A stretch of DNA of 64,000 bases from an uncultured Rhodospirillaceae bacterium (GCA_964515905.1 CAZEWK010000072.1:3675-67674), one strand, 5' to 3'; counted from the first letter of the stretch, positions 12,926 to 23,640 are shown. Numbers and translations are program-made. The notes: generated by a model from the sequence alone, not told the origin.

Positions 12926-13339
12926 TTAGGTTGGCTCGGATGCAGCTGCGTCAGTGCTATCTTCACTGTTACCAGGATCGTTGGACCCACTTGCCGGAAC
13001 ATTTGCAGGTGGGCCATCGTTAGGTTGAGTATCCCGGTCTCGGTCTCGGTCTCGGTCTCGGTTGCCGCGGGAGCGGCCACCATTCGGAGCATCCGGCGTC
13101 TGCAAAAGCATTACCCGGTAATAATGTTCAGCATGTTGCAAATAGCTCTCTGCCGAAATAGGGTCGCCAGTCGATACTGCGTCACGGGCAAGCGATTGAT
13201 ATTTTTCAAACAATTGTGTTGCATTGCCACGAATTTTTACGTCAGGCCCATTACTCTCGATTGAATGGTTTGAACCAAAAGAACCTCGACGCCCATTTGA
13301 GCGGCCGCGATGTCGTTTTGAATTGTGATTTTGTTTCAT
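12926..13339 (-). CDS. DUF4167 domain protein (alphaproteobacterial basic protein) with a C-terminal (RD)n low-complexity tract
   Basis: Conserved core SNGPDVKIRG...EKYQSLARDA...GDPISAESYLQHAEHYYR matches the DUF4167 pattern. Basic N-terminus. Start placed at MKQNHN. Confidence 0.7.
   Translation of the reverse strand: MKQNHNSKRHRGRSNGRRGSFGSNHSIESNGPDVKIRGNATQLFEKYQSLARDAVSTGDPISAESYLQHAEHYYRVMLLQTPDAPNGGRSRGNRDRDRDRDRDTQPNDGPPANVPASGSNDPGNSEDSTDAAASEPT
13035..13062. repeat. Perfect hexanucleotide tandem repeat (CGGTCT)x4 plus a partial unit, inside the DUF4167 gene and encoding RDRDRDRDRD
   Basis: Read directly from the sequence as ggtctcggtctcggtctcggtctcgg. In frame, so unit changes would alter (RD)n length without a frameshift. 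Confidence 0.9.
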
Positions 13340-13543
13340 CACCTCATCACACAATAATTTCGTAATTAATCATGCCACTTAGACAGGCCGCCACCGGAGC
13401 GGCTAACACCATGCCTTTTCGGCAACTCCTGCTAGGGAAGCTCGATGGCTACCAACATTAGTCGGCCATCAATTGGTAATATACCACTTAACAAGTTAGC
13501 GGCTACGAGCGACCTTTCCAAGTACTTTCTTAATTCAATTTTT

Positions 13544-14440
13544 TTAGTTGATCTTATTCGCAAAAATTAAACAACGTAGGATACCTCCTAAATCTTTCCG
13601 CTGTGTTTCTAAAACCAAACCGTGTCCCTCAAATATCTTTCTCACGCCGTCTGACTGTCCTTTGCCTACCTCAATGCAAATTTTGCCCTTCGGAAAAAGC
13701 TGACGACCTAACTGTGGTGCGATTTCGCGATAGGTGGCCAGACCATCACTGCCCCCGTCAAGAGCAGAATGAGGCTCGTAAAGCGATACGTCCGGCATTA
13801 AATGGGCGATATCACAAGCCCTAATATAAGGAGGGTTGCATAGGATTAGATCAAAACCTCCCTTCAACGCAGATGTCCAATGTCCAACCATAAAGTGGGC
13901 CCTGTTTTCGAGTTTTAGCCTTAAAGCATTGGCCTTAGCACAGACGACAGCCCCGTGGCTTAAATCTACACCAACTCCGATAGCACGAGGATTTTCATGC
14001 AACGTGGACAGTAATAAACAGCCACTGCCTGTTCCCAAATCTAAAACGCGAGCGATTGGCTTATTACTTGGCAACGAATCCAGGCCCGCCTCAACCAGGA
14101 TTTCACTATCGGGCCTAGGGATCAAGCAGTCCAATCCAACTTTGAAGTCTAAACTCCAGAATTCACGTGTGCCGATAATATACGCTATTGGCTCGTGATT
14201 AAGTCTTCGGTTGACTAAGGACATCACTCTCGAATCTTCTTCCACCGTTACGGCACGGGCTTGTTCAAATAAAGCTTGATTGCTCGTCAGCCCTAAACCG
14301 TGAGCAACTAAAATGCGAGCTTCGTGCAAAGAATTGTCTGGAGTGACGGCCCTTAAACAGGTTTGGACCCGACTCATTAAGTGCGCTAGTGTCGCACACT
14401 CTCCCCTCTCTGCTTCGGTAATTTTAGTGAGATTAACCAA
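13544..14440 (-). CDS. prmC: Release-factor glutamine N5-methyltransferase PrmC (HemK)
   Basis: NPPY motif (LCNPPYI). SAM-binding VLDLGTGSG. Overlaps and follows prfA, the classic prfA-prmC arrangement. Confidence 0.9.
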   Translation of the reverse strand: MVNLTKITEAERGECATLAHLMSRVQTCLRAVTPDNSLHEARILVAHGLGLTSNQALFEQARAVTVEEDSRVMSLVNRRLNHEPIAYIIGTREFWSLDFKVGLDCLIPRPDSEILVEAGLDSLPSNKPIARVLDLGTGSGCLLLSTLHENPRAIGVGVDLSHGAVVCAKANALRLKLENRAHFMVGHWTSALKGGFDLILCNPPYIRACDIAHLMPDVSLYEPHSALDGGSDGLATYREIAPQLGRQLFPKGKICIEVGKGQSDGVRKIFEGHGLVLETQRKDLGGILRCLIFANKIN

Positions 14441-15506
14441 GCTCGTCTAATCTAATAACCTGGTCATTCCTAGCCAGCGCGTCAATGAATGGGTCCAGTA
14501 ATTCTCCACGCAACATTTTGTCCATATCAAACTCGCTAACATTTATCCGGTGATCTGTTATTCTTCCCTGGGGAAAATTATAAGTTCGTACACGCTCAGA
14601 ACGATCCCCAGTACCAACCTGCAAACGGCGGGCTTCTGCTCTTTCCTCAGCCTGTGCCGCTCGTTTTTGCTCATATAGTCGGGCTCGCATAATGCGCATT
14701 CCCTTTGCCTTATTTTTGTGTTGAGATTTCTCATCTTGCTGAGACACGACTATACCAGTTGGTACATGAGTGATCCGCACCGCGCTATCAGTTGTGTTAA
14801 CCGATTGCCCACCTGGACCACTAGCCCTAAAAACGTCGATTCTCAGGTCTTTATCATCTATATGAATGTCTACTTCTTCTGCCTCAGGCAACACTGCGAC
14901 TGTTGCCGCGGAGGTATGGACCCTCCCGGAAGCCTCCGTCTTAGGCACCCGTTGGACCCTGTGGACACCTGACTCGAATTTAAGACGTGCAAAAACACCA
15001 CGACCACTTATAGATGCTGAAGCATCCTTAAACCCCCCTAATCCTGTTTCCGAAAAATGGAGCACCTCAAAACGCCATGAATGCATTTCCGAGTATCGTT
15101 GGTACATTCTAAAAAGATCAGCAGCAAAAAGTGCTGCTTCATCGCCACCAGTTCCAGCTCGCACTTCGATAATTACGTTCTTCGCATCATCTTGGTCTCC
15201 GGGCAAAAGTAGCACTTGCACCTGACGCTCTAATTCTGGCTCACCTTGTTTTAGGGTAGCAAACTCCTGCTCCGCCAGGTCTCTGAATTCCTTCTCTGTG
15301 TCTTTATCTGTAATTAAATAAGACAAGTCAGACATTTCTTCACGAACTTTTCTTAAATTATTTGCTGCATCAATAATTGGTGAAAGTTCCGCATATTCCT
15401 TAGACAATCGTGTACGTTGATCCGAAGAAATGCCGGGATCAATTAATTGATTATTAATTTCACTATGCCTATCAATTATCTTGTTCAGACGTTCATCAAA
15501 TTTCAT
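14433..15506 (-). CDS. prfA: Peptide chain release factor 1
   Basis: GGQ motif ([10 protein letters not shown]). PxT-type recognition region. 357 aa. Confidence 0.97.
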   Translation of the reverse strand: MKFDERLNKIIDRHSEINNQLIDPGISSDQRTRLSKEYAELSPIIDAANNLRKVREEMSDLSYLITDKDTEKEFRDLAEQEFATLKQGEPELERQVQVLLLPGDQDDAKNVIIEVRAGTGGDEAALFAADLFRMYQRYSEMHSWRFEVLHFSETGLGGFKDASASISGRGVFARLKFESGVHRVQRVPKTEASGRVHTSAATVAVLPEAEEVDIHIDDKDLRIDVFRASGPGGQSVNTTDSAVRITHVPTGIVVSQQDEKSQHKNKAKGMRIMRARLYEQKRAAQAEERAEARRLQVGTGDRSERVRTYNFPQGRITDHRINVSEFDMDKMLRGELLDPFIDALARNDQVIRLDELG

Positions 15507-15625
15507 TTCGTATCATTGCCGTTTTAATACCTAAGTCCTATATACTTCCGGCCCTAAAATATTTCATTAATATTATCGAGTGAACAATTAACAGATTTGA
15601 AAGCACTGCGTTTTAGTTAATTAGT

Positions 15626-16729
15626 CTATACGCTTTCCTCAGCGATTTCGCGAGCCTTTCTCTCCACCATTTTAATTAAGTCTTCGATTAACGCTTCATC
15701 CTTAATTATATGGTCTGTAACACCAGCTAAATAGACCTGGTGATTCCCGTTGCCACCTCCCGTAATTCCAAGGTCTGTTTGACGAGCCTCTCCAGGCCCA
15801 TTCACTACACACCCTATTACAGACAGCGTCATCGGTGTGTCGATATGGGCAAGCCGTTTTTCTAAGATTTCAACTGTTTTTATCACAGAAAATTGTTGCC
15901 GCGCGCACGACGGACACGACACGATATTGATCCCCCGATGGCGCAATTTCAGAGCCTTTAATAACTCAAAACCAACCTTAACTTCCTCGACGGGATCAGC
16001 AGATAATGATACACGAATTGTATCGCCAATACCGGCCCAAAGTAATTTACCAAGGCCAATGGAACTTCTTACTGTTCCCGGCAATAGTCCCCCCGCCTCA
16101 GTAATTCCAATATGCAATGGGTAATCGCAAGCATCTGCAAGACCTTCATATGCGGCAACCGCAAGATAAACGTCTGATGCCTTAACGCTTATTTTGAAGT
16201 CGAAAAAATCATTGTCTTCCAGAATTTTTGCATGCATTAGCGCGCTTTCAACCAGCGCCTCTGGACAAGGAGAGCCATACTTATCTAACAAATTACGCTC
16301 TAAAGAACCGGCATTTACTCCAATCCGCATAGAACAACCGTGAGTTTTTGCTGCCTTGACAACTTCGCGCACCCTAATCTGGGAGCCTATGTTCCCCGGA
16401 TTTATTCGTAAACAATGGGCCCCCGCCTCCGCGGCTTCGATAGCTCTTTTATAATGAAAGTGGATATCAGCGACGATAGGAACTTTGACAGCGGAAATGA
16501 TGTCGCGTAGAGCGACTGTTGACTCCTTATCAGGGCATGAAATCCTGACAATATCTGCGCCAGCCAACTCGAGTGCCTGAACTTGCCGTATCGTGGCCAA
16601 TTTATCTGTAGTTAGTGTATTGGTCATAGATTGGACAGAAATTGGAGCACCACCTCCAACCAAAACATTGCCAACACTGATTTGACGACTTTGGCGCCGC
16701 TGAATTTGTTGATAGGGACGGACGTTCAT
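15626..16729 (-). CDS. ispG: 4-hydroxy-3-methylbut-2-enyl diphosphate synthase (MEP pathway)
   Basis: Hallmark N-terminus [23 protein letters not shown]-terminal 4Fe-4S cysteines (CPSCAR...GC). Confidence 0.97.
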   Translation of the reverse strand: MNVRPYQQIQRRQSRQISVGNVLVGGGAPISVQSMTNTLTTDKLATIRQVQALELAGADIVRISCPDKESTVALRDIISAVKVPIVADIHFHYKRAIEAAEAGAHCLRINPGNIGSQIRVREVVKAAKTHGCSMRIGVNAGSLERNLLDKYGSPCPEALVESALMHAKILEDNDFFDFKISVKASDVYLAVAAYEGLADACDYPLHIGITEAGGLLPGTVRSSIGLGKLLWAGIGDTIRVSLSADPVEEVKVGFELLKALKLRHRGINIVSCPSCARQQFSVIKTVEILEKRLAHIDTPMTLSVIGCVVNGPGEARQTDLGITGGGNGNHQVYLAGVTDHIIKDEALIEDLIKMVERKAREIAEESV

Positions 16730-16820
16730 AAATAGTAATTCCTAAATAAACAACTCATAGCTTGTTTCGATTTTAGCACATGAAACCAATAACCGATATA
16801 AACTAGCCTATAGCGAATTA

Positions 16821-18032
16821 CTATTGTATATCGGGTTGAGACGCAGAACGTAAACCCTCTGGGTCAAGTGGTATATTTCTGCGAACAGCTCCCTCTGGCC
16901 CTAGTGGCGGGATTGCTTGGCCATCAATTAGAACCTCTATTCCGCCTGCGTTACCGGTAATTAATAACAAACCAGCTTCGTCAGGCACTTTGTAACTATC
17001 ACCGGTGTAAAGAATTCTAGTTATTAACAAGTCGTTGGCCGCCGTTTGCACTTGCACCCAACTATCCTGTCGTGCAATTAGCGTAATCCTAGAATTCGTA
17101 TTTTCGATTCCATAAATCCGAGGGTCCGCCTGGTTAACGGAGCTGGTAGGCGGAGGAGGAGGCGTCGGTATTAAAGTTGGCTCGGCAGGAGCAGCAGCCA
17201 TATTACCTGTAATCGCCTCAGAACTTTCGACAAACGTGGTATTATCGCCCTCTTTTAGTGGGGCTGATTCCTCAGACGCTTGTGGCGTTGGTCCACTATC
17301 GGGAAGCTCCTCTAATTCAATACTCGCCCCTACTTCGGCTTCGTCTGAGAGAAGAATTCCCTCCCCGACTGCCACCAACGTTTGTGAATCAACAGGGGCA
17401 GACTGGTTTTCTATCCCTATATCAGCACTCTCTGTTGCAATGTCTGCAGAGGGAAGCACAGCTCCTACTCCCTCTCTGAATTCAGTCGTTTCTCTTGTAG
17501 CCTCTTGCGGAGGTTTGTCTAATTCGGACTCTTCGGCAGATAAACCGTTAGATTGTGTTTCCCCAAAACCAGTTGGGACGTCTTGCACCGCATCAAAGGT
17601 CGCCTGATCATCGCTGTCCAGCAGAAACCAAATCCCAAACACTATTATTGCCGCAAACACAGAACCCGCAATAACCGGCATGTTGGGTACACTTGTTTCC
17701 TCAGGTGGGGTCGGGAATTCAAGCTCTGGCTTTGCTTCAAACCCAGACACCTCAGATCTAAATTGATCAACTGTAACTTTAGAATCTGTGCCTAAATAAT
17801 CAGAGTAAGTGCGCAGAAAACCCATAACGTACGCAGGGCCAGGTAAGTTCTCAAATTTTCCTTCTTCTATGGCCCGAATGTATCTGGAACTGATCCTTAG
17901 AACCTGTGCAACATCCTCAATGGTATGTCCTTGCAGCTCTCGATTGTTGCGTAAGTCAGCACCCACACCCCTATAAGGTTCTAAGGTACCCGCAGACTGT
18001 GACTCTAAGTCAAATTTTCCTGAGATCGTCAT
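16821..18032 (-). CDS. rodZ: RodZ-like cytoskeleton protein (XRE-type HTH, TM segment, Pro/acidic linker, C-terminal DUF4115)
   Basis: HTH HTIEDVAQVLRISSRYIRAIEEG and LRTYSDYLG. Single TM (VFAAIIVFGIWFLL). PPPPT linker. C-terminal DUF4115-like beta domain. Sits immediately upstream of ispG, the conserved rodZ-ispG linkage. Confidence 0.75.
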   Translation of the reverse strand: MTISGKFDLESQSAGTLEPYRGVGADLRNNRELQGHTIEDVAQVLRISSRYIRAIEEGKFENLPGPAYVMGFLRTYSDYLGTDSKVTVDQFRSEVSGFEAKPELEFPTPPEETSVPNMPVIAGSVFAAIIVFGIWFLLDSDDQATFDAVQDVPTGFGETQSNGLSAEESELDKPPQEATRETTEFREGVGAVLPSADIATESADIGIENQSAPVDSQTLVAVGEGILLSDEAEVGASIELEELPDSGPTPQASEESAPLKEGDNTTFVESSEAITGNMAAAPAEPTLIPTPPPPPTSSVNQADPRIYGIENTNSRITLIARQDSWVQVQTAANDLLITRILYTGDSYKVPDEAGLLLITGNAGGIEVLIDGQAIPPLGPEGAVRRNIPLDPEGLRSASQPDIQ

Positions 18033-18161
18033 TTGCGTTGTCGCCTAGATCTAAGATCTCGTCTAATCCAACGGAATGACTTCAGCAGCACATTACTGCC
18101 CGAATGAAGTCAGTCTTGCCAAGAACTCGATAATCTTAACATAATACCAAGTGTTTCCCCG

Positions 18162-18278
18162 TTACAATAATTGAAATTCCGCGGCAATGAGTTGGCCCGC
18201 GCCTAAAACGTAGGAGAAAACTGCTAGCAAAATCAAGGCTGATTCCGACAAAGCGGCCCTATTGCCTTGTGTTTCCAT
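18162..18278 (-). CDS. Putative 38-aa hydrophobic micro-protein (METQGNRAALSESALILLAVFSYVLGAGQLIAAEFQLL)
   Basis: Uninterrupted ATG-to-TAA frame translated by hand in the lysC/rodZ spacer. One predicted TM helix. Too short for the 60-aa ORF track. Confidence 0.25.
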   Translation of the reverse strand: METQGNRAALSESALILLAVFSYVLGAGQLIAAEFQLL

Positions 18279-18290
18279 TGTGCCAATCAC

Positions 18291-19511
18291 CTACTCAGTA
18301 TCCAAACCATATGCCGTGTGAAGGGATCTAAGCGCTAGCTCAATATACTCCTCAGCAATCAGCACACTCACTTTTATTTCTGAAGTCGATATAACTTGAA
18401 TATTGATACCTTTATCAGCAAGGGTTTCAAACATCTTTTTGGCGACCCCTGCATGGGTTCGCATCCCAACCCCGATCACTGAAACCTTAACAACGTCGGA
18501 ATCAAATAGAAGCGTCTGATAACCGAGTGTTTCTTGATTTAATTTAATAATCTCAAGAGCCCGCTCTAGGTCCGCTTTCCCTACAGTGAAAGTAAGATCA
18601 GCAGACGACCCATCATCTGAGGCATTCTGTACAATCATGTCGACATTGACACTCGCATCGGATAGCGGACCAAAAATACCAGCGGCAATACCAGGACGAT
18701 CCGGTATTCCGGTTAAAGTTATTTTTGCTTCATCTCTGCTATACGCGATCCCACTGACTACTTTTTGTTCCACTATCGCATCCTCATCAACTAGTAGGGT
18801 CCCTGGGACACTATCAAAGGATGACAGCACCTGCACAATGACTTTATTCCGCATGGCAAGTTCTGCAGCTCGGCTTTGCAGCACCTTCGCACCCAAGGAA
18901 GCCATTTCAAGCATCTCTTCGTAGGCTATTTTGTCAAGCTTGCGAGCTTTGGTGACAATACGTGGATCGCTAGTATATACGCCATCAACGTCAGTGTAGA
19001 TGTTGCATAAGTCCGCCTCTAGCGCCGCTGCAAGCGCAACAGCGGACGCATCGGATCCGCCTCTTCCTAAGGTTGCGACCCGTTCTCTTCTGGTAATCCC
19101 TTGAAACCCAGGAACAACCGCAACCTCGCCGCGACACATTCGATTTATAATCTCTCCTGTTTCGATGGATTGGATATGTGCTTTCCCGTGGTCGCCATTA
19201 GTGTTGATTGGTAGTTGCCAAGCAAGCCAAGAACGAGCAGGAATTCCAAGGGATTGGATGGCCAAGGCCATAAGCCCCGCTGTTATTTGCTCCCCAGCAG
19301 AGACAACAACATCATATTCTCTTGCATCATGAAGGGCCGATATTTCTCTGGTCAGGGAAACTAACCTGCTGGTAGTTCCTGCCATGGCGGAAACAACTAC
19401 CGCAACTTGGTCACCATTGTTGATTGCCTCCTCAACGCGATGAGCAGCATTGAAAATTTTTTCAACAGTGGCGAGTGACGTCCCGCCAAATTTTTGGATT
19501 ACTCTGGCCAT
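18291..19511 (-). CDS. lysC: Aspartate kinase
   Basis: N-terminus VIQKFGGTSLATVEKI. Amino-acid kinase fold followed by two C-terminal ACT domains. 406 aa. Confidence 0.95.
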   Translation of the reverse strand: MARVIQKFGGTSLATVEKIFNAAHRVEEAINNGDQVAVVVSAMAGTTSRLVSLTREISALHDAREYDVVVSAGEQITAGLMALAIQSLGIPARSWLAWQLPINTNGDHGKAHIQSIETGEIINRMCRGEVAVVPGFQGITRRERVATLGRGGSDASAVALAAALEADLCNIYTDVDGVYTSDPRIVTKARKLDKIAYEEMLEMASLGAKVLQSRAAELAMRNKVIVQVLSSFDSVPGTLLVDEDAIVEQKVVSGIAYSRDEAKITLTGIPDRPGIAAGIFGPLSDASVNVDMIVQNASDDGSSADLTFTVGKADLERALEIIKLNQETLGYQTLLFDSDVVKVSVIGVGMRTHAGVAKKMFETLADKGINIQVISTSEIKVSVLIAEEYIELALRSLHTAYGLDTE

Positions 19512-19608
19512 CTACAAATTACCGTTAAGCAATAGTGACATACTTTATTACATGTTGACTATGTTTCAGTTGCGATTACATCAAGGCTATAGATAATGTG
19601 GTCGACGT

Positions 19609-20418
19609 ATGCAAGCAATCGGATGGCAAACTGTGGCCAGTTCATTTTCGCAAATACCAGGTTCTTCTGATTCAACCATAGACACCGAAGAAATAGCTCG
19701 TTTTGAGCGTTTATCTCAAGACTGGTGGGATCCCAATGGACCTATGAAGGCGTTGATGAAGCTTAATCCTACCAGAATAGGCTATATACGGGACCAAGTC
19801 CTACAAAGCCTAGATGTCGAACCTTTTACTAATCAGCCTTTTGCTGGACTTAAGGTGCTAGATATTGGCTGTGGTGGTGGTCTGCTTTCAGAACCTATTG
19901 CACGACTAGGAGGTGAAGTACTAGGAATTGACGCTGCAGCAACTAATATTTCAGTGGCCAAAACGCACGCTCGACAGATGGGTTTAAAGATTGATTATAG
20001 GTCTACCTCACTAGAAGACCTAACCAAATCCGGAGAATTGTACGACATTGTGTTAGCCATGGAGATTTTGGAACACGTTGCAGATAGATCCACGTTTATT
20101 CGACTCGCTACAAAATGTGTCCAACCAGGGGGCATTATATTTGTCTCCACCATTAACCGAACAATTAAAGCATTAGCCACTGCTAAAATTGGTGCGGAAT
20201 ACATCCTAAACTGGGTGCCTAAAGGAACACACGATTGGAGAAAATTTAGTCGCCCCTCTTTTTTAGTAGAGAATTTAATGCACAACGGATTAGAAATCGT
20301 TGACATCCGGGGTATGCATTACAGCTTATTTAGCGACCTCTGGCATCTTTCAAATGACGTGCGGGTTAATTATATTTTACATGCGAAGAAACTACTGCTA
20401 CCCCTGAACTCTAGCTGA
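19609..20418 (+). CDS. ubiG: Ubiquinone biosynthesis O-methyltransferase
   Basis: UbiG signature FERLSQDWWDPNGPMKALMKLNPTRIGYIRD. SAM motif LDIGCGGGLLSEP. Confidence 0.9.
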   Translation: MQAIGWQTVASSFSQIPGSSDSTIDTEEIARFERLSQDWWDPNGPMKALMKLNPTRIGYIRDQVLQSLDVEPFTNQPFAGLKVLDIGCGGGLLSEPIARLGGEVLGIDAAATNISVAKTHARQMGLKIDYRSTSLEDLTKSGELYDIVLAMEILEHVADRSTFIRLATKCVQPGGIIFVSTINRTIKALATAKIGAEYILNWVPKGTHDWRKFSRPSFLVENLMHNGLEIVDIRGMHYSLFSDLWHLSNDVRVNYILHAKKLLLPLNSS

Positions 20419-21553
20419 GCGCTTGGGCCAGAAGGTCAATGTCCTGCTCACTGTTGTATACGTGAGTTGATACCCGCACCCATAGCTCTCCACTGAATAA
20501 AAATACTGGAACCTCGATGTGATGTTGACGGAGCAGATAGTCATGTAATCCTTCAGGAGTGCGTAATTTCTCTTTCCATCTACTATTTACACGCACGGTA
20601 ACCATAGCTCCCGTGCAGAGCGCTACGGCTGTTCGCTCTGTACCCCAGCGATTAACCAATTCATCTCCAGCCCAATTTGCCAGTTCCTGAATGTAATTGC
20701 GAACACCCTCCACACCAAGTTTTTTCCAAAAGTCTATTGCAGCAGTGACGGAAAGCCAGGCCGAGGGATCTCTAATTCCCAACCAAGAAAATTCCTCCCA
20801 AAACCCTTCATTGTAGCCAGTGGAAACCACGTTTGGCCGTGTATCATGTTTCTGTTTATCAGTGACGGAAAGTAGGCCACAACCTTTTGGAGCACATAGC
20901 CATTTGTGACAGCTTCCGACATACCAGTCAGCACCCAAGGCATCAATATCAAGATCTACCATTCCGGGGGCATGAGCACCGTCTACCAGAACTGGAATGT
21001 TCTTCGCGTGACAAAGGTTCACGAGACGCTTAATTGGCATTAAGACACTACTACGCGAACTTATGTGGTCAAATACTGCTAATCGTATACCGGGATGAAG
21101 AACACCATCCACCGCCTCGATGATCTCGTCATCTGAATGGACCGGCCGCGGTATTTTTGCAATCACTAATTTTGCGCCCGTAACCCCACAGATACTGATA
21201 AGTTTATTCTTGACACCCCTGTAGGCCTGATCAGTAGATAGGAGGGTATCACCTGGAGTCAAATTAATAGCCTCGATAGCCGCGTTTATCCCTTCGGTAC
21301 TATTTGTAACAAAGGCCAAAGTATCGGAGTTGCATCCGACAAACTCTGCAAGATCCTCCGCCGCATCTTGCAGGTGTCTTCGGAAACACTGTTCAAAAAA
21401 ATATACTGGTTGCCGTTCAATTTTGTCGCGCCATGCATTTTGGGCCTCAATGACGGATCGCGGAACTGCACCATACGACCCATGGTTTAAGAAGGTTATT
21501 CGCTTATCAAGCAGCCAATCATCGCGAACTGCATGCCCATAATTTTCACTCAA
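20411..21553 (-). CDS. Aminotransferase class V-fold PLP-dependent enzyme (cysteine desulfurase / isopenicillin-N-epimerase-like)
   Basis: PLP-lysine context SCHKWLCAPKGCG. 380 aa. Class V fold pattern. Confidence 0.8.
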   Translation of the reverse strand: MSENYGHAVRDDWLLDKRITFLNHGSYGAVPRSVIEAQNAWRDKIERQPVYFFEQCFRRHLQDAAEDLAEFVGCNSDTLAFVTNSTEGINAAIEAINLTPGDTLLSTDQAYRGVKNKLISICGVTGAKLVIAKIPRPVHSDDEIIEAVDGVLHPGIRLAVFDHISSRSSVLMPIKRLVNLCHAKNIPVLVDGAHAPGMVDLDIDALGADWYVGSCHKWLCAPKGCGLLSVTDKQKHDTRPNVVSTGYNEGFWEEFSWLGIRDPSAWLSVTAAIDFWKKLGVEGVRNYIQELANWAGDELVNRWGTERTAVALCTGAMVTVRVNSRWKEKLRTPEGLHDYLLRQHHIEVPVFLFSGELWVRVSTHVYNSEQDIDLLAQALS

Positions 21554-21603
21554 CGCATCATCTCAAGCTACTAGATCCACATTAAACGCCCCGCGGTCTT
21601 AGG

Positions 21604-22041
21604 CTAACTATCCGTTCGGGGGACCCAAGGAATTGCCTTTATAGGCACTCCTTCTTCATGGAGTTCCTGTGCATCTTCGTCACTTGCCTCGCCGTAAATG
21701 CTGCGTTTCTCAGTCTCCCCATAGTGGATTCGTCTAGCTTCCTCAGCAAAACGGGTTCCCACATAGTCACTGTTTTTTTCCACTGTCTCCCTAAGCGCAC
21801 GACAAGTACGCATTATTTTTTCAGTCATATCATTATCCGCGGCCGACCGCAGTTCGGCTTTTCCTGTCTCCCCCGCACCCACAGCTATGTTGGGAGCCAT
21901 TGGAGCTTTTCGAATCGTACGCTCCCCACAAACCGGACAGGAAATTTCTTTTCCACTACATTGTTTGTCAAAGGTAGCATTATCTCTAAACCAGGCTTCA
22001 AAGACATGATCTTTGGCACACTTGAGGTCAAAAACAATCAT
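21604..22041 (-). CDS. DUF1178 zinc-ribbon protein (alphaproteobacterial)
   Basis: N-terminus MIVFDLKCAKDHVFEAWF...CPVCG matches the DUF1178 pattern. 145 aa. Confidence 0.7.
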   Translation of the reverse strand: MIVFDLKCAKDHVFEAWFRDNATFDKQCSGKEISCPVCGERTIRKAPMAPNIAVGAGETGKAELRSAADNDMTEKIMRTCRALRETVEKNSDYVGTRFAEEARRIHYGETEKRSIYGEASDEDAQELHEEGVPIKAIPWVPRTDS

Positions 22042-22208
22042 TAACTAACACCTGTTATGGTCCAAAATGGGCGAAATAAAAACCTTATTCCCAACAGATG
22101 ACATCTTATTGCTATCAAATTCAAGTTATTACTTGCCCCTAACTTACCCGTATTCTGAAGCTTGGGTTTCTTTTTACATATCGCAATCGTCAAAGAAACG
22201 ATATTTGT

Positions 22209-22778
22209 ATGGACAAAACTAGTCGAAACTGGAGTGCTACCAGCATGAATAAACATAAGTCCCTATCTCCGTCGCCTTGGGTTCTGCGTTTTGCCAACCT
22301 AATTACGAATGGGGGCCCCGTGTTAGATTTAGCGTGCGGAAGTGGCCGGCATACCAGATATTTTCTAGCGAAAGGTCATTTGGTAACTGCTGTTGACCGT
22401 GACCTGAGCAAAATTAATGATATAGATAACGATCTACTCACCAAAATAGAAGCAGATTTGGAAAACGTAACTGGTTGGATTCCACCACAAAACTTTTTCG
22501 GAGCGGTTGTTGTAACAAATTACCTTTATCGTCCAATCCTGACACACTTGATCAAAAGCCTTACCCGTCGCGGAATCTTACTTTATGAAACGTTCTCGAA
22601 AGGAAATGAAAAGTATGGGCGTCCAAAACGCCCAGAGTATTTACTTGAGCCGGGCGAACTTTTAGAGGCTGTTCGTGGACATCTGAAAGTTATTGCCTAT
22701 GAAGATGTAACCATTAACCAACCAAAACTCGCTTGTGTTCAAAGAATCTGCTGTTATTTAGAACAGCCCTCTAACTAG
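22209..22778 (+). CDS. Small class I SAM-dependent methyltransferase
   Basis: Motif I VLDLACGSGRHTRYF. Acidic loop VDRD. 189 aa. Confidence 0.7.
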   Translation: MDKTSRNWSATSMNKHKSLSPSPWVLRFANLITNGGPVLDLACGSGRHTRYFLAKGHLVTAVDRDLSKINDIDNDLLTKIEADLENVTGWIPPQNFFGAVVVTNYLYRPILTHLIKSLTRRGILLYETFSKGNEKYGRPKRPEYLLEPGELLEAVRGHLKVIAYEDVTINQPKLACVQRICCYLEQPSN

Positions 22779-22793
22779 TTTTCATATTGACCA

Positions 22794-23633
22794 CTAATTA
22801 GTACTTGCTAGGGGTTTTATCGATTGTTCCAGTGCGAAGGAGCCATCATGACTCAAGCTGGGGACTGATGCTCTGGCGCTTGCAGATTTGGATAAGTCCA
22901 GGTCCGCAAAAATCAAACCAGGACTATTACCAGCATCTGCTAGGACCCGCCCCCATGGATCAATAATTAAAGAGTGTCCATAAGTTGAGCGTTGCCCATA
23001 GTTTGTACCACACTGTGCAGGAGCAAGCACATAACAACTGGTTTCTATGGCTCGCGCCCGTAATAAAATATGCCAGTGTGCTTCGCCTGTTGGCCGCGTG
23101 AATGCAGAGGGAACAGTAAGAATCTCTGCACCCGCCTGGGCGAGTTGTCGATATAGGTGGGGGAACCTCAAATCATAGCATATACTTAGTCCAATTTTGC
23201 CGATTGGAGTTTTCGCCAAAATTGCAGAGGCCCCTGGCTGGTAGCGATCCGATTCCCGATATGATTCCCCATTCGGTAAATCGACGTCGAACATATGAAT
23301 TTTATCGTACCGTACTGTTATCTGGCCCAGATTATTAATCAGGAAAGACCGGTTAACCAGCGTGCGCTCGGAATATAGAATGGCCAATGAGCCGACCAAG
23401 GTCCACAATCCCCTTTTAGCAGAGAGCTCGCGAAAGGCGTTGAGAGCAGGATGGGAATCCTCAACAGTCGCGTGCTTCAGCATTTCTTTACCCGGTCCCA
23501 AGTGACCCGTGTTTTCCGGAGTTGCTACAAATTCTGCTCCCTCATCCCAGGCCACATGCATCAGGTCGCATGTCGCTTGAATATTGGCAGCCATACTTGG
23601 ACCACTGTTTAACTGGAGACACGCAACCCGCAT
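22794..23633 (-). CDS. Carbon-nitrogen hydrolase family protein (nitrilase superfamily amidase)
   Basis: Glu-Lys-Cys triad context with Cys in GLSICYDLRFP. 279 aa. Start MRVACLQLN. Confidence 0.85.
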   Translation of the reverse strand: MRVACLQLNSGPSMAANIQATCDLMHVAWDEGAEFVATPENTGHLGPGKEMLKHATVEDSHPALNAFRELSAKRGLWTLVGSLAILYSERTLVNRSFLINNLGQITVRYDKIHMFDVDLPNGESYRESDRYQPGASAILAKTPIGKIGLSICYDLRFPHLYRQLAQAGAEILTVPSAFTRPTGEAHWHILLRARAIETSCYVLAPAQCGTNYGQRSTYGHSLIIDPWGRVLADAGNSPGLIFADLDLSKSASARASVPSLSHDGSFALEQSIKPLASTN

Positions 23634-23640
23634 GACTCCC

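Noticed and set aside
13035-13062. Short tandem repeat considered as a CRISPR array or phase-variation switch
   Set aside because: There are only four direct 6-bp units with no spacers, so it is not a CRISPR. The hexamer is in frame inside a CDS, so slippage cannot switch the gene off.
13380-13460. GC-rich segment with CCTGCTAGGGAAG considered as SRP (4.5S) RNA
   Set aside because: It does not reproduce the conserved helix-8 GGAAGCAGCC / symmetric-loop pattern of bacterial SRP RNA. It is more likely 5' leader of the DUF4167 gene.
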